Shown here: positions 18,224 through 26,963 of the stretch, in pieces
Numbering within the stretch: position 1 is the stretch's first letter
Layout: every line of letters starts with the position of its first letter
Source of the DNA: an uncultured delta proteobacterium
GTDB lineage: Bacteria > Desulfobacterota > Desulfomonilia > UBA1062
Assembly: GCA_963798485.1 (NCBI GenBank)
Contig: CAWCTR010000022.1
Span: 32,001 to 96,000, forward strand
Direction: 5' to 3'
Length of the DNA stretch: 64,000 bases
Translations under genes and position numbers: made by a program
The notes under the pieces: generated by a model
Told to the model about the DNA's origin: nothing
The model's input: the letters and a program-made list of their open reading frames with translations, nothing else
The model's database searches: none

Positions 18224-19688
18224 TCGGAGAATCGTGTTCGAGATCCACCGGCTGAAGAACCTTGGGCTGAAAAACATAAAGATAGCTCAGGATCTGGGTA
18301 TCAACCGGGATACGGTGAGCCTGTACCTCAGGAAGCCCGAGAGACGCCCTGCCGTGAGGAAGAGATCCTCCAAGTTGGACCCGTTCAAGCCCTTTATTGA
18401 CGGCATCCTGGAAGAACATGCCGGTGTGCCTGGAACAGTGATCTTTTTACGTCTGAGAGAGCGGGGTTATACCGGGGGTATCACCATCCTCACGGATTAC
18501 CTCAGGAATAAGAAGAGGGAACCCTCCACACGCAAGGCGTTCATACGCTTCGAGTCCGATCCGGGCAGGCAGATGCAGATCGACTGGGGCCACTTCGGAG
18601 TGCTTGATTACGGGAATGCTAAGAGACGGCTTTCCGCCTTCGTCATAATCGAGTCATACTCCCGGATGATCTACGTAGAGTTTACCCACAGCCAGAAGCA
18701 GGCCCTTCTGCACCGGTGTCTTCTCAATGCCTTTACCTTCTTCGGGGGTACGCCCCAGGAGCTCCTGGTCGACAACATGATCTCGGCAGTAATCGAGAGG
18801 CAGGGGCCGCTGGTGAGGTTCAACGATGCCTTCCTGGACTTCCTTCGGCCGCTGAAGATAAACCCCGTAGCCTGCAACGTGAGGTCTCCTCAGGAGAAGG
18901 GCAAGGTGGAGAGGAGCATCGGTTACCTGCGGCAGAGCTTCTGGCCGCTCAGAGAGATCTCAAGCCTTGCAGATGCCAATGCCCAGGTAAGGCTGTGGCT
19001 TGATGAGGTCGCTAACGTGAGGGTGCACGGTGGCACCGGAGATAAGCCAGCGGAACGCTTCAAGGGCGTGAGGTTAAGGCCGCTGCCCGAGAACCTGCCC
19101 GACTGCTCCGAGACGCTCAGTGTGTTCGTGCATAAGGACTTCGCCGTGAGATTCGACGGCAACGACTATACGGTGCCGCCGTGGACAGTGGGCAGGAGAG
19201 TTCTCCTGAAGGCGGACAACGATGCGGTACGCATCTTCTTCAAGGACAAGGTAATAGCAACGCATCCACGATGCTGGGAGTACAAGAAGAGGATCGAGGC
19301 TCCGGCTCATGCCGAGCAGGTCAGGAGACTGCAGAAAAGGCTCTGGCGGGATCGGGATATAGCCCTGTTCGCCTCTATGGGAGATGAAGCCGCATCTTAT
19401 CTTGAAGCACTGGCGGAAGCATCTCATCCGATCAAGAAGAACATATCGAGGCTGCTTGAGTTGAGGGATGAGTACGGGGTGGAATCATTGCTCTATGCGA
19501 TCAGGAAGGCCCTGCAGTTCAAGGCATACGGTGCTGACTACATCGAGAACATCCTCTACCAGGAGATGACCCCGAAGAGGGTGCACCCGCCGGTGAAGCT
19601 GGGCAATGAAGAACTCAACAGGATACGGCTCAGCATGCCTTCACTCGCTGAGTATGATGCTTATGCGGTCAAGAGAGGTGGCTCATGA
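18216..19688 (+). CDS. istA: IS21 transposase IstA (distinct subgroup)
   Basis: N-terminal HTH; RFESDPGRQMQIDWG, LLVDNM and KGKVERSI motifs. Confidence 0.95.
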   Translation: MLDRRIVFEIHRLKNLGLKNIKIAQDLGINRDTVSLYLRKPERRPAVRKRSSKLDPFKPFIDGILEEHAGVPGTVIFLRLRERGYTGGITILTDYLRNKKREPSTRKAFIRFESDPGRQMQIDWGHFGVLDYGNAKRRLSAFVIIESYSRMIYVEFTHSQKQALLHRCLLNAFTFFGGTPQELLVDNMISAVIERQGPLVRFNDAFLDFLRPLKINPVACNVRSPQEKGKVERSIGYLRQSFWPLREISSLADANAQVRLWLDEVANVRVHGGTGDKPAERFKGVRLRPLPENLPDCSETLSVFVHKDFAVRFDGNDYTVPPWTVGRRVLLKADNDAVRIFFKDKVIATHPRCWEYKKRIEAPAHAEQVRRLQKRLWRDRDIALFASMGDEAASYLEALAEASHPIKKNISRLLELRDEYGVESLLYAIRKALQFKAYGADYIENILYQEMTPKRVHPPVKLGNEELNRIRLSMPSLAEYDAYAVKRGGS

Positions 19689-20437
19689 TGGAAGATGTTA
19701 TCCGGAAATGCAGAGAGTTGAAGCTCAAGGCGTGGGTGGAGGATCTTGAGCGGGTCATGGACGAGGCCTCCAAAAAGAACTCCCCGGTTCAGCGCATCAT
19801 AGAACACCTTCTCGACCTGGAGATCGAGAAGAGGAGGAAGATCAGGATAGACACATGCTTCCGGTTCTCAAGGCTTGATGAGAAGCAGAGCATAGACCAG
19901 TTCGACTTCTCGTTCCATCCTTCCAGAAAAGCCAACAAGGCCAGAATCCTTAACCTTCTCGACCTGGAGTTCATCAGGGAGAGAAAAGACGTCATCCTCA
20001 TCGGCAATCCCGGAGTGGGCAAGTCCTTCATCGCCAAGTGCCTGGCTTACGCCTCGACTCAGGCAGGCATAAAAACGCTGTTCGTATCCACCATGGAGAT
20101 GATCAACCAGCTCATAGCGGCGGAGGGTGACAGGACCTTCCTGAAGAAGCTCCATTACTACCAGTCGTTCGACCTGCTGGTCTGCGACGAGATAGGCTAT
20201 CTCCCCCTCGGGTCCCAGGGTTCCAACTTCTTCTTCCAGGTCATAAGCGCCCGCCATCAGAAGAAGTCCACACTCATCACCACGAATCTGCCGTTTGCCG
20301 AGTGGGGGAACGTATTCGACAACACCACGGTCGCCACGGCTATTGCCGACAGGCTGGTACATAACTCCGAAATCATCATATTCGAGGGGCCAAGCTATCG
20401 AAAAAGAGACAGGAAAGAACAGAAGAAACCTGAATAG
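19685..20437 (+). CDS. istB: IS21 helper ATPase IstB
   Basis: GNPGVGKS, LLVCDEIGY, TTN and TAIADRLVH motifs. Confidence 0.95.
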   Translation: MMEDVIRKCRELKLKAWVEDLERVMDEASKKNSPVQRIIEHLLDLEIEKRRKIRIDTCFRFSRLDEKQSIDQFDFSFHPSRKANKARILNLLDLEFIRERKDVILIGNPGVGKSFIAKCLAYASTQAGIKTLFVSTMEMINQLIAAEGDRTFLKKLHYYQSFDLLVCDEIGYLPLGSQGSNFFFQVISARHQKKSTLITTNLPFAEWGNVFDNTTVATAIADRLVHNSEIIIFEGPSYRKRDRKEQKKPE

Positions 20438-20952
20438 GCCAGAAGGCATAAAGCTCGAAAGCCGTATTACAGAACGGCTTGAAAACCGGCCTGGCCGATC
20501 AAGTGCGGGTTCAGACATTCCCCGCTGTGCATCTTTATGCCCATCGCAACTGCCTGCCGATTTTTATCCCGGTATACTTGCCGGTTTTTAGACCGGCGCA
20601 GACAGAAAGAACATTAAAAACCTGTACAGAGCTTTACAACAAAGCAAAAAGCATGAAACCTGGAAAAAGTGAAAGGGATTATTTAAAGATTGTATTGTTA
20701 ACTAAGCCACCTTTTGATTACCAAGTTGATGGAATCATAAACGGGATTCTTGATGAATGTCAAAATATTGCAGACCTAGCAGAAATGATCTCTTATCATG
20801 GAAAACTAGGCAATGATTTATGGAAAAGTAGGGATAGAAATTTAAAGGGTGGAAGTCTTGAGAATAGGAATAGGAAGTTTTTTACCGAATTTTGGGGGCA
20901 ATAATTAACCTAGTATAACTGCACAACAGTCTAAAATAGCAGGAGATTATAA

Positions 20953-21237
20953 ATGCCACTGAGACTATTGGTATGTATCGGGATGGTTATTTATTGTATT
21001 TGGCAGGGATTTGCAGCAGCCTCAATCCCTACAAGTAATGGTCATAATTATTTCCCATTTGTCTACATAATGTGTGTTGTCCTGCTGTTTTCTGGTTTGA
21101 ATAAATTCGGCCTGATTACATGGCCTCTTGCCACAGTACTTCTTTTGTTTTACGGGCATTGGGTTGTTGGATGGATTCCGCTTGCTTTGGTTTTATTCAA
21201 TGTCTTTGGTAATAAAGTTGTTGCGAGTGAACGATAA
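20953..21237 (+). CDS. Small hydrophobic membrane protein
   Basis: 94 aa, almost entirely TM segments; AGGAG RBS. Confidence 0.65.
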   Translation: MPLRLLVCIGMVIYCIWQGFAAASIPTSNGHNYFPFVYIMCVVLLFSGLNKFGLITWPLATVLLLFYGHWVVGWIPLALVLFNVFGNKVVASER

Positions 21238-21316
21238 GTAGAAGAAAGAAATATGACAAGGGGAACAGTTTAAGAGGAAGTTGCATACTGTGAACACGAT
21301 CAAGCTCAACGGTGTC

Positions 21317-21865
21317 CTATCGACCAAGATATTTCTCCGAATGCCCCTTATGTCCATTGAAGTTCTGGATGTATCTGTCCACCAAAGGCTTGTTACCTTT
21401 CATGATCAAGAGATTCTCTGCATTGTTCTCCTCTGCTGCCCTGGTAAAGTTGAATGAACCAGTGATCAAGATGTTCCGATCTATCACCATGATCTTGTTG
21501 TGGGCTATAGCATGGGCAGAGTCGATGTACGTTGGTATTCCAGCATGGGCAACAAAGTCAGCAGAAGAGTACCCTTGAGTCTGCTGGCTTCTATCAAGGA
21601 TCACCTCGATCTTAATTCCTCTTTTCCGGGCATCGACAAGGGCCTTGGCTATTGGTTTACTGGTGAAAGAATATGCCTGGACAAGGATCTCTGACCTTGC
21701 CCCGTTGATCTCTTGTACAATGGCTTCTGTAGCACCGCCATGAGGGGAGAAGTAGGCATCGATAGTGCCAATTGCCTTGAACTGGTCAGCATAGGCCGAT
21801 CCAGGTAGGATTGAGATAATCAGGCAGCAGGTGAGAAGAATGAGTCTGGGTGCGATGTATTTCAT
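21317..21865 (-). CDS. Secreted phospholipase D-family (Nuc-like) endonuclease
   Basis: Signal peptide, YFSP, AYSFTS and a single HKD motif HNKIMVID...TGSFNFT...NAEN. Confidence 0.9.
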   Translation of the reverse strand: MKYIAPRLILLTCCLIISILPGSAYADQFKAIGTIDAYFSPHGGATEAIVQEINGARSEILVQAYSFTSKPIAKALVDARKRGIKIEVILDRSQQTQGYSSADFVAHAGIPTYIDSAHAIAHNKIMVIDRNILITGSFNFTRAAEENNAENLLIMKGNKPLVDRYIQNFNGHKGHSEKYLGR

Positions 21866-22303
21866 GGTGCGCCTCTCTCAAGATGTAAGTGTATTTGGGA
21901 TATACGATTTTACCACGGGAAGGAATAGGGGATTTCATTCGTTGACGCTGTTTCTGTCCGTAGTAACATATAATATTCCAAGCATGTCCATGAACTGGCT
22001 TCCCTGCTGATAATGTAGCAATTCACATTTCACAATATTGTCTTGCTCAAAACATGCGTAAAACTTGTCTTCATGCCATCAAGCGGTGATAAGTTTTATT
22101 GCATTTAACATACAAACTTTATTGAAGATATTCAAGATAAACCCAGTATACGCACACAAGTCATTCACATAGCTCATGCTCTTGATTGTAGATCGAGATA
22201 TGGTGCCGATTTGCGCTTAAGGTGATCACCATAACAGCAGACCTTCTCCATGTTCCTTGGGTGATATGATTGGAGTTTTAATTGAAATGCAGCGTAGGAA
22301 AAG

Positions 22304-22342
22304 GGTCAACAAGGGGGTCAACATCGAGTATGTTGAACCCCC
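22304..22342 (-). terminator. Element-supplied hairpin after tRNA-Glu, overlapping putative arm sites
   Basis: GGGGGTCAACAT-cgagt-ATGTTGAACCCCC hairpin at 22313-22342; GGTCAACA at 22304-22311 and 22316-22323. Confidence 0.6.
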
Positions 22343-22350
22343 GTAGAACT

Positions 22351-22428
22351 TGGCGTCCCCAAGGGGATTTGAACCCCTGTCGCCGGCGTGAAAGGCCGGT
22401 GTCCTGGGCCCGGCTAGACGATGGGGAC
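22351..22428 (-). tRNA. tRNA-Glu (TTC), integration target
   Basis: Cloverleaf GTCCCCA...CCGGC-CT-TTC-AC-GCCGG...GGTTCAAATCC...TGGGGACGCCA with encoded CCA. Confidence 0.97.
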
Positions 22429-22434
22429 ATACAT

Positions 22435-22507
22435 TGAGCCAGGAGGGACTCGAACCCTCGACCACCGGATTAAAAGTCCGATGCTCTACCAACTGAGCTA
22501 CTGGCTC
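22435..22507 (-). tRNA. tRNA-Lys (TTT)
   Basis: GAGCCAGTAGCTCAGTTGGTAGAGC...CT-TTT-AA...GGTTCGAGTCC...CTGGCTCA; CCA not encoded. Confidence 0.96.
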
Positions 22508-22682
22508 AGTTCGAACCCCCCTATGTCATGGTTGGTGGAAAATATCAAGGATAAAAAGCCTTCGATTGATGCAGGGAAGCCTTTGTATTGTAAGGCATCA
22601 TGATCCGGGCATAGAGCAATTACCCTTGATACTTGAATGGTGTTTTCCGTGAGACAATAGTTGTGCTATAGACTTAGGCGCT

Positions 22683-22904
22683 ATGGTCTGGGTGATACTC
22701 TATATTCCAATTGCCGTTTACATGGGCTATGCGTATGCATCACGCCTTGAGCCCATTTCATGGGCAATCGTCTTTGCCGTCATCCTCGGGTTTTGTCTTG
22801 TGGAGTGGCTGATGGTCAGAAAAGACCGTTCCCGTTCAAGGATAACCTTGGTGGTCATGTGTCTCACCCTGGCATCGCTTCTTGGGGGAATGATATTTCG
22901 TTAA
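22683..22904 (+). CDS. Small membrane protein
   Basis: 73 aa with three hydrophobic segments. Confidence 0.5.
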   Translation: MVWVILYIPIAVYMGYAYASRLEPISWAIVFAVILGFCLVEWLMVRKDRSRSRITLVVMCLTLASLLGGMIFR

Positions 22905-22940
22905 GGGATTTACTACTATTGGATCAGTTGACAATTAAAA

Positions 22941-23237
22941 TCACATGTCTTCGGAGTAGGTGTAGTCATATACCTTGGACACTCTGATCCCCTGGATGGA
23001 GAAGTAGAACTCGTCTCCTTTCTCTACCCCGCTCACCTCCGCCACACCTGATTCCTGGGCCTGGAAGATTTTGGTGTTTCCGAAATCGAAAATGGGTAAG
23101 GCCTTGCTTGTATAGGTCCAGATGGTGCCATCATCAGAAATGGTGGAAATGATATACTCACCCTGCTTCAACCATTTCTTTATACCCTGGAATTCGAATC
23201 TCGTATTTTCCCTATACATGACGGCCTCTCTCTTCAT
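22941..23237 (-). CDS. Hypothetical protein
   Basis: 98-aa ORF with AAGGGAG RBS, downstream of cimA. Confidence 0.55.
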   Translation of the reverse strand: MKREAVMYRENTRFEFQGIKKWLKQGEYIISTISDDGTIWTYTSKALPIFDFGNTKIFQAQESGVAEVSGVEKGDEFYFSIQGIRVSKVYDYTYSEDM

Positions 23238-23292
23238 TGTTGCTCCCTTTCTAATACTACTTATCGGAAGCGAAGGGAGAAGGCTTAACGTT

Positions 23293-24885
23293 TTACTTAG
23301 GGCGCCTCACCTTTTTTGAATCCTTGTAGAGTTTGTAGTCCATGCTGTCTACCAGGGCCATCCAGGAGGCCTCGAGGATGTTGCTTGATACCCCTACCGT
23401 ATACCAATGGTCCTTTTTATCCCCTGACTCGATGAGAACCCTGACCACCGATTCGGTCCCGGATCTGGATGAGATAACCCGGACCTTATAATCCAAAAGC
23501 TCGACTTCTTGGATACCGGGGTAGAACTTCTGCAGGGCCTTCCTGAGGGCTCTGTCCAGGGCATTGACCGGACCGTTTCCCAATGCGGCGGTATGCTCGA
23601 TATTGCCATCCACCTCGATCATGATGGTGGCCTCGGACATGGGGTCGGTGTCATCGCTTCTGCGTTCCGTATTTACCCTAAATCCCTTGAGATTGAAGGA
23701 GCGCATGTGTTCACCCATGGACTTCTTCATAAGGAGCTCTAACGATGCGTCAGCGCCTTCAAACTGAAAGCCGCAATCCTCAAGGTCTTTTATGATCTTC
23801 ACGATATCGTTGGCAGCCGTATCATCCTTGGACAAGTCAATGTTCAACTCGCGCGCCTTATAGAGGATGTTGCTCTTTCCGGACTGCTCGGAAACAAGAA
23901 CCTTACGGTGATTCCCCACAAGCTCAGGTAAAGTGTGCTCATAGGTTGTGGGATCATCGATCACAGCACTCACGTGGATGCCTGCTTTATGGGCAAAGGC
24001 CGATTCGCCCACATAGGGCTGGTGTTTGTTGTGGGATAGGTTGGCAATGTCGTCGAAGAACCGGGAAAGCTCGCTGAGCAGCCTCAACTTATCCGGAGGT
24101 ATGGTCTCATAGCCAAGCTTGATGCTTAAGTTGGGGATGATGGAGCACAGGTTTGCATTTCCGCACCTCTCACCAATGCCGTTTATCGTGCCATGGACGT
24201 GGTCAATGCCTGCCTGTACGGCGCAGACCGTATTTGCAACAGCAAGATCGCCGTCATTGTGGCAATGGATGCCCAGCAAGGTATTGAGCTCGCCCTTCAG
24301 GAAGCCGATGATGCCAAGCACCTCCGAGGGCAGTGTTCCTCCGTTGGTGTCGCACAGGATAATCCTGTCAGCACCGCCTGCTTTTGCCGCCTTTAATGTT
24401 GATAAGGCATATTCCCTGTTTGCCTTGAATCCGTCGAAGAAGTGCTCTGCATCAAAAAAGACCAAATTGAAAAAACCTTTCAGGTAGGCCACGGTATCGC
24501 GGATCATCCGTAAGTTTTCATCCAGAGAGCACCCGATGCCGCCGGCTCCCTTTACATGGGTGTCCCATGATTTTCCGAAGATGGTCACTCCGTTAGGTTT
24601 CGCATTAATGAGGTGCCTTATCATCCTGTCGTTTTCCGGAGGTTTGCCGGGTTTGCAGGTGCTGCCGAAGGCCATGATCTTCGAATGGGTGATTGCGAGC
24701 GACTTGATCTTGCCGAACAGGCGGTCGTCCTTGGGGTTGGCCCCCGGCCAGCCGGCCTCGATGTAGTCCAGTCCAAGCTGGTCGAGCTTGACGATGATGG
24801 AGCATTTGTCATCCATGGAGAGGCTTATGTCTTCGGCCTGGGCCCCATCACGCAGTGTAGTGTCGTAGATCTCGATCTTGCTCAA
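23293..24885 (-). CDS. cimA: Citramalate synthase
   Basis: YDTTLRDGAQ, HCHND, GERCGNA, AFAHKAGIH and GNGPVNALD motifs; follows aspartokinase. Confidence 0.9.
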   Translation of the reverse strand: MSKIEIYDTTLRDGAQAEDISLSMDDKCSIIVKLDQLGLDYIEAGWPGANPKDDRLFGKIKSLAITHSKIMAFGSTCKPGKPPENDRMIRHLINAKPNGVTIFGKSWDTHVKGAGGIGCSLDENLRMIRDTVAYLKGFFNLVFFDAEHFFDGFKANREYALSTLKAAKAGGADRIILCDTNGGTLPSEVLGIIGFLKGELNTLLGIHCHNDGDLAVANTVCAVQAGIDHVHGTINGIGERCGNANLCSIIPNLSIKLGYETIPPDKLRLLSELSRFFDDIANLSHNKHQPYVGESAFAHKAGIHVSAVIDDPTTYEHTLPELVGNHRKVLVSEQSGKSNILYKARELNIDLSKDDTAANDIVKIIKDLEDCGFQFEGADASLELLMKKSMGEHMRSFNLKGFRVNTERRSDDTDPMSEATIMIEVDGNIEHTAALGNGPVNALDRALRKALQKFYPGIQEVELLDYKVRVISSRSGTESVVRVLIESGDKKDHWYTVGVSSNILEASWMALVDSMDYKLYKDSKKVRRPK

Positions 24886-26114
24886 AGGGCGCTCCTCGGC
24901 TTGTCGAGCTCAAAGGCCTCGTGAAGAACACGCACGCCGAGCTCGATGAATTTTTCATCAATAACGCAGGATACCTTTATCTCGGAGGTGGATATCATCT
25001 GGATGTTGATCCCCACATCGGACAATGTCTGGAACATCTTGGAAGCGACACCGGCATGGGATCTCATGCCAACGCCTACAATGGACAGCTTGGCGATGGA
25101 AGGGTCGCCCGCAACATCACGGGCCCCCATCTCGCCTGCAAGATGCCTGACGATCCCAAGGGCCTTTTCAAAGTCGGTCTTGGTGACCGTGAAGCTCATA
25201 TCCGCAAGCCTTCCGTCTGCTGAGACGTTTTGGATGATCATATCCACATTGATGCCCTTTTCCGACAGGGGGGAAAAGATCTTTGCCGCTACACCGGGTT
25301 TATCCTGAACGCCTAAGATGGTAATCTTGGCCTCGTTCTTGTCATACGTAATGCCTGATAGAACCTCTTTCTCCATCTCATTATCCTCCAGGGTGGTAAG
25401 GGTCCCTCCTTCATCCGAGAAGGTGCTCTTCACCAGTATGGGAATATTGTATTTCTTGGCGAACTCCACTGAACGGGTCTGAAGGACCTTGGCGCCTAAC
25501 GATGCCATCTCGAGCATCTCGTCATAGGATATCTTATTGAGCCGCCTCGCCCTCTCGCATATGTTGGGATCGCAGGTGTATACCCCATCCACATCGGTGT
25601 AGATCTCGCAAACCTCTGCGCCCAGCACTGCGGCCAGAGCGACGGCCGACGTGTCCGACCCGCCTCTGCCGAGTGTTGTGATATCCTGGTTAAGAGTGAT
25701 TCCCTGGAACCCGGCTACAACCGCCACCTCTTTCGCCTCAAAGGCCTTTTTCAGTGCACTTGCATCTATGTCGAGGATACGCGCCTTCATGAATGCGTCA
25801 TCGGTCTTGATCCCGATCTGAAAACCCAAGAGCGAGCGTGCGGGAATACCTAGGTCCTTGAGCGCCATGGCAAGCAGGCCGATCGTAACCTGCTCGCCTG
25901 TGGAAACGATGACATCCATCTCCCTCGGGTCAGGTGAAGGGGAAAGCTCCTTAGCGAGCCTGATGAGCCTGTCCGTCTCTCCTGACATGGCGGAAACAAC
26001 CACTACTACATCGTTGCCTTCACGATACCTCTTGGCAACCTTGCCTGCCACGAACTTTATCTTTTCCAGAGAGCCGACGGAGGTCCCGCCATATTTTTGA
26101 ACAATTAAACCCAT
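24882..26114 (-). CDS. lysC: Aspartate kinase
   Basis: VQKYGGTSVG, TTLGRGGSDTSA and two ACT domains. Confidence 0.96.
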   Translation of the reverse strand: MGLIVQKYGGTSVGSLEKIKFVAGKVAKRYREGNDVVVVVSAMSGETDRLIRLAKELSPSPDPREMDVIVSTGEQVTIGLLAMALKDLGIPARSLLGFQIGIKTDDAFMKARILDIDASALKKAFEAKEVAVVAGFQGITLNQDITTLGRGGSDTSAVALAAVLGAEVCEIYTDVDGVYTCDPNICERARRLNKISYDEMLEMASLGAKVLQTRSVEFAKKYNIPILVKSTFSDEGGTLTTLEDNEMEKEVLSGITYDKNEAKITILGVQDKPGVAAKIFSPLSEKGINVDMIIQNVSADGRLADMSFTVTKTDFEKALGIVRHLAGEMGARDVAGDPSIAKLSIVGVGMRSHAGVASKMFQTLSDVGINIQMISTSEIKVSCVIDEKFIELGVRVLHEAFELDKPRSAL

Positions 26115-26115
26115 A

Positions 26116-26589
26116 TCAATTTACCTCTGTACGCCCCCGTATGTTGGTAAGGTCACTGATCCATGGGAGTTGTGTTGAGATGGTGATCTCCCTTTTATGC
26201 TCACCTGCATGATCGATAGTGATATCAACGGTTGTGCCTAAAAAAAAGCCGCACGCACGCCCAGCCCATTCGACAATGATGACATGATCCGTGTCCATGA
26301 AGTCTTCAAGCCCGAGATTTCCTATCTCTTCAGAGTCTAGCCTATAAAGATCTACATGGATTATGTCAAGCCTTGCATTGTACAGGTTCACCAGGGTGAA
26401 GCTTGGGCTGACCACTGTCACCTGAGCATAGGGGTCTATGCCTTTGACAATGCCCTTGGTGAGCAGCGTCTTGCCTGCACCTAACGCGCCACCCAGCCCG
26501 ATGATCTCTCCGCCTGTGAGTCGAGAGCCTATATGTGTCCCGAGCGAATAGGTCTCTTCAGGGGAGTTCGAGATGAAGTCGTGTCTCAT
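26116..26589 (-). CDS. tsaE: tRNA t6A biosynthesis ATPase TsaE
   Basis: GALGAGKT, SPSFTLVNLY, HVDLYRL and IVEW motifs. Confidence 0.93.
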   Translation of the reverse strand: MRHDFISNSPEETYSLGTHIGSRLTGGEIIGLGGALGAGKTLLTKGIVKGIDPYAQVTVVSPSFTLVNLYNARLDIIHVDLYRLDSEEIGNLGLEDFMDTDHVIIVEWAGRACGFFLGTTVDITIDHAGEHKREITISTQLPWISDLTNIRGRTEVN

Positions 26590-26963
26590 ATGCCCTCTAG
26601 AATCACGACTGCTACGGCGCAACCCTTGTCGTGAGATATGCTTACATGGTGTTTCACCACGTCCAAGCGGTGTGAGAGTTCATGGGCCTTACCTGATAGC
26701 GTCAGTTGCGGGGCCCCATCTTTCATATCTATGGTGATGTCCTTAAAGGGGACGCCTGAGGATCTCCCGGCAGAAAGCGCCTTGAAGGCAGCCTCTTTTA
26801 CGGCAAACCTCCCGGCAAGGCATGTTGCGGAATCGTATCTCTTCATGCAGTAGGTTATTTCATCCAAGGAAAAGACCCGCTCAAGGAAACGCCTGCCGTA
26901 TTTTTGTAAAAGGGCGTTGATGCGGGAGATATCGACGATATCAATGCCGATCCCAATGACCAC
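26586..26963 (-). CDS. acpS: Holo-ACP synthase
   Basis: GIGIDIV, AGRFAVKEAAFKA and SISHD motifs. Confidence 0.95.
   Translation of the reverse strand: MVIGIGIDIVDISRINALLQKYGRRFLERVFSLDEITYCMKRYDSATCLAGRFAVKEAAFKALSAGRSSGVPFKDITIDMKDGAPQLTLSGKAHELSHRLDVVKHHVSISHDKGCAVAVVILEGI

Larger units (their letters stand above)
17191..20604 (+). mobile_element. Four-gene IS21-family element, 3414 bp
   Basis: TG...CA termini (left TGTCCGCCCCGGGTTTAAAAAC, right end reverse-complemented TGTCTGCGCCGGTCTAAAAAC), repeated subterminal units, 8-bp TSD GAAAGAAC (17183-17190 and 20605-20612). Confidence 0.93.
17147..20904 (+). pseudogene. 111-aa hypothetical gene split by the second IS21
   Basis: 17147-17190 (MGLFSAIFGTREER) joins 20613-20904 in frame (TLKTCTELYNK...FWGQ) once the IS and one TSD copy are removed. 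Confidence 0.85.
4296..22396. mobile_element. tRNA-Glu-integrated element (satellite/PICI-like or integrative plasmid-like island), 18.1 kb
   Basis: 46-bp flanking direct repeat, tyrosine integrase next to one att, primase/helicase module, AT-richer cargo. No capsid, terminase or conjugation genes recognised. Confidence 0.93.

Noticed and set aside
16034-21237. Integron cassette array
   Set aside because: The small tandem genes suggest one, but I found no attC-like RYYYAAC...GTTRRRY palindromes in the spacers, and neither recombinase looks like IntI.
21866-22300. Possible gene or ncRNA between the PLD nuclease and att
   Set aside because: Frames are interrupted by stops, and I could not identify a convincing RBS, motif or structure.
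22226-22603. ORFs 22226-22492 and 22421-22603
   Set aside because: They overlap the two tRNA genes and are spurious.
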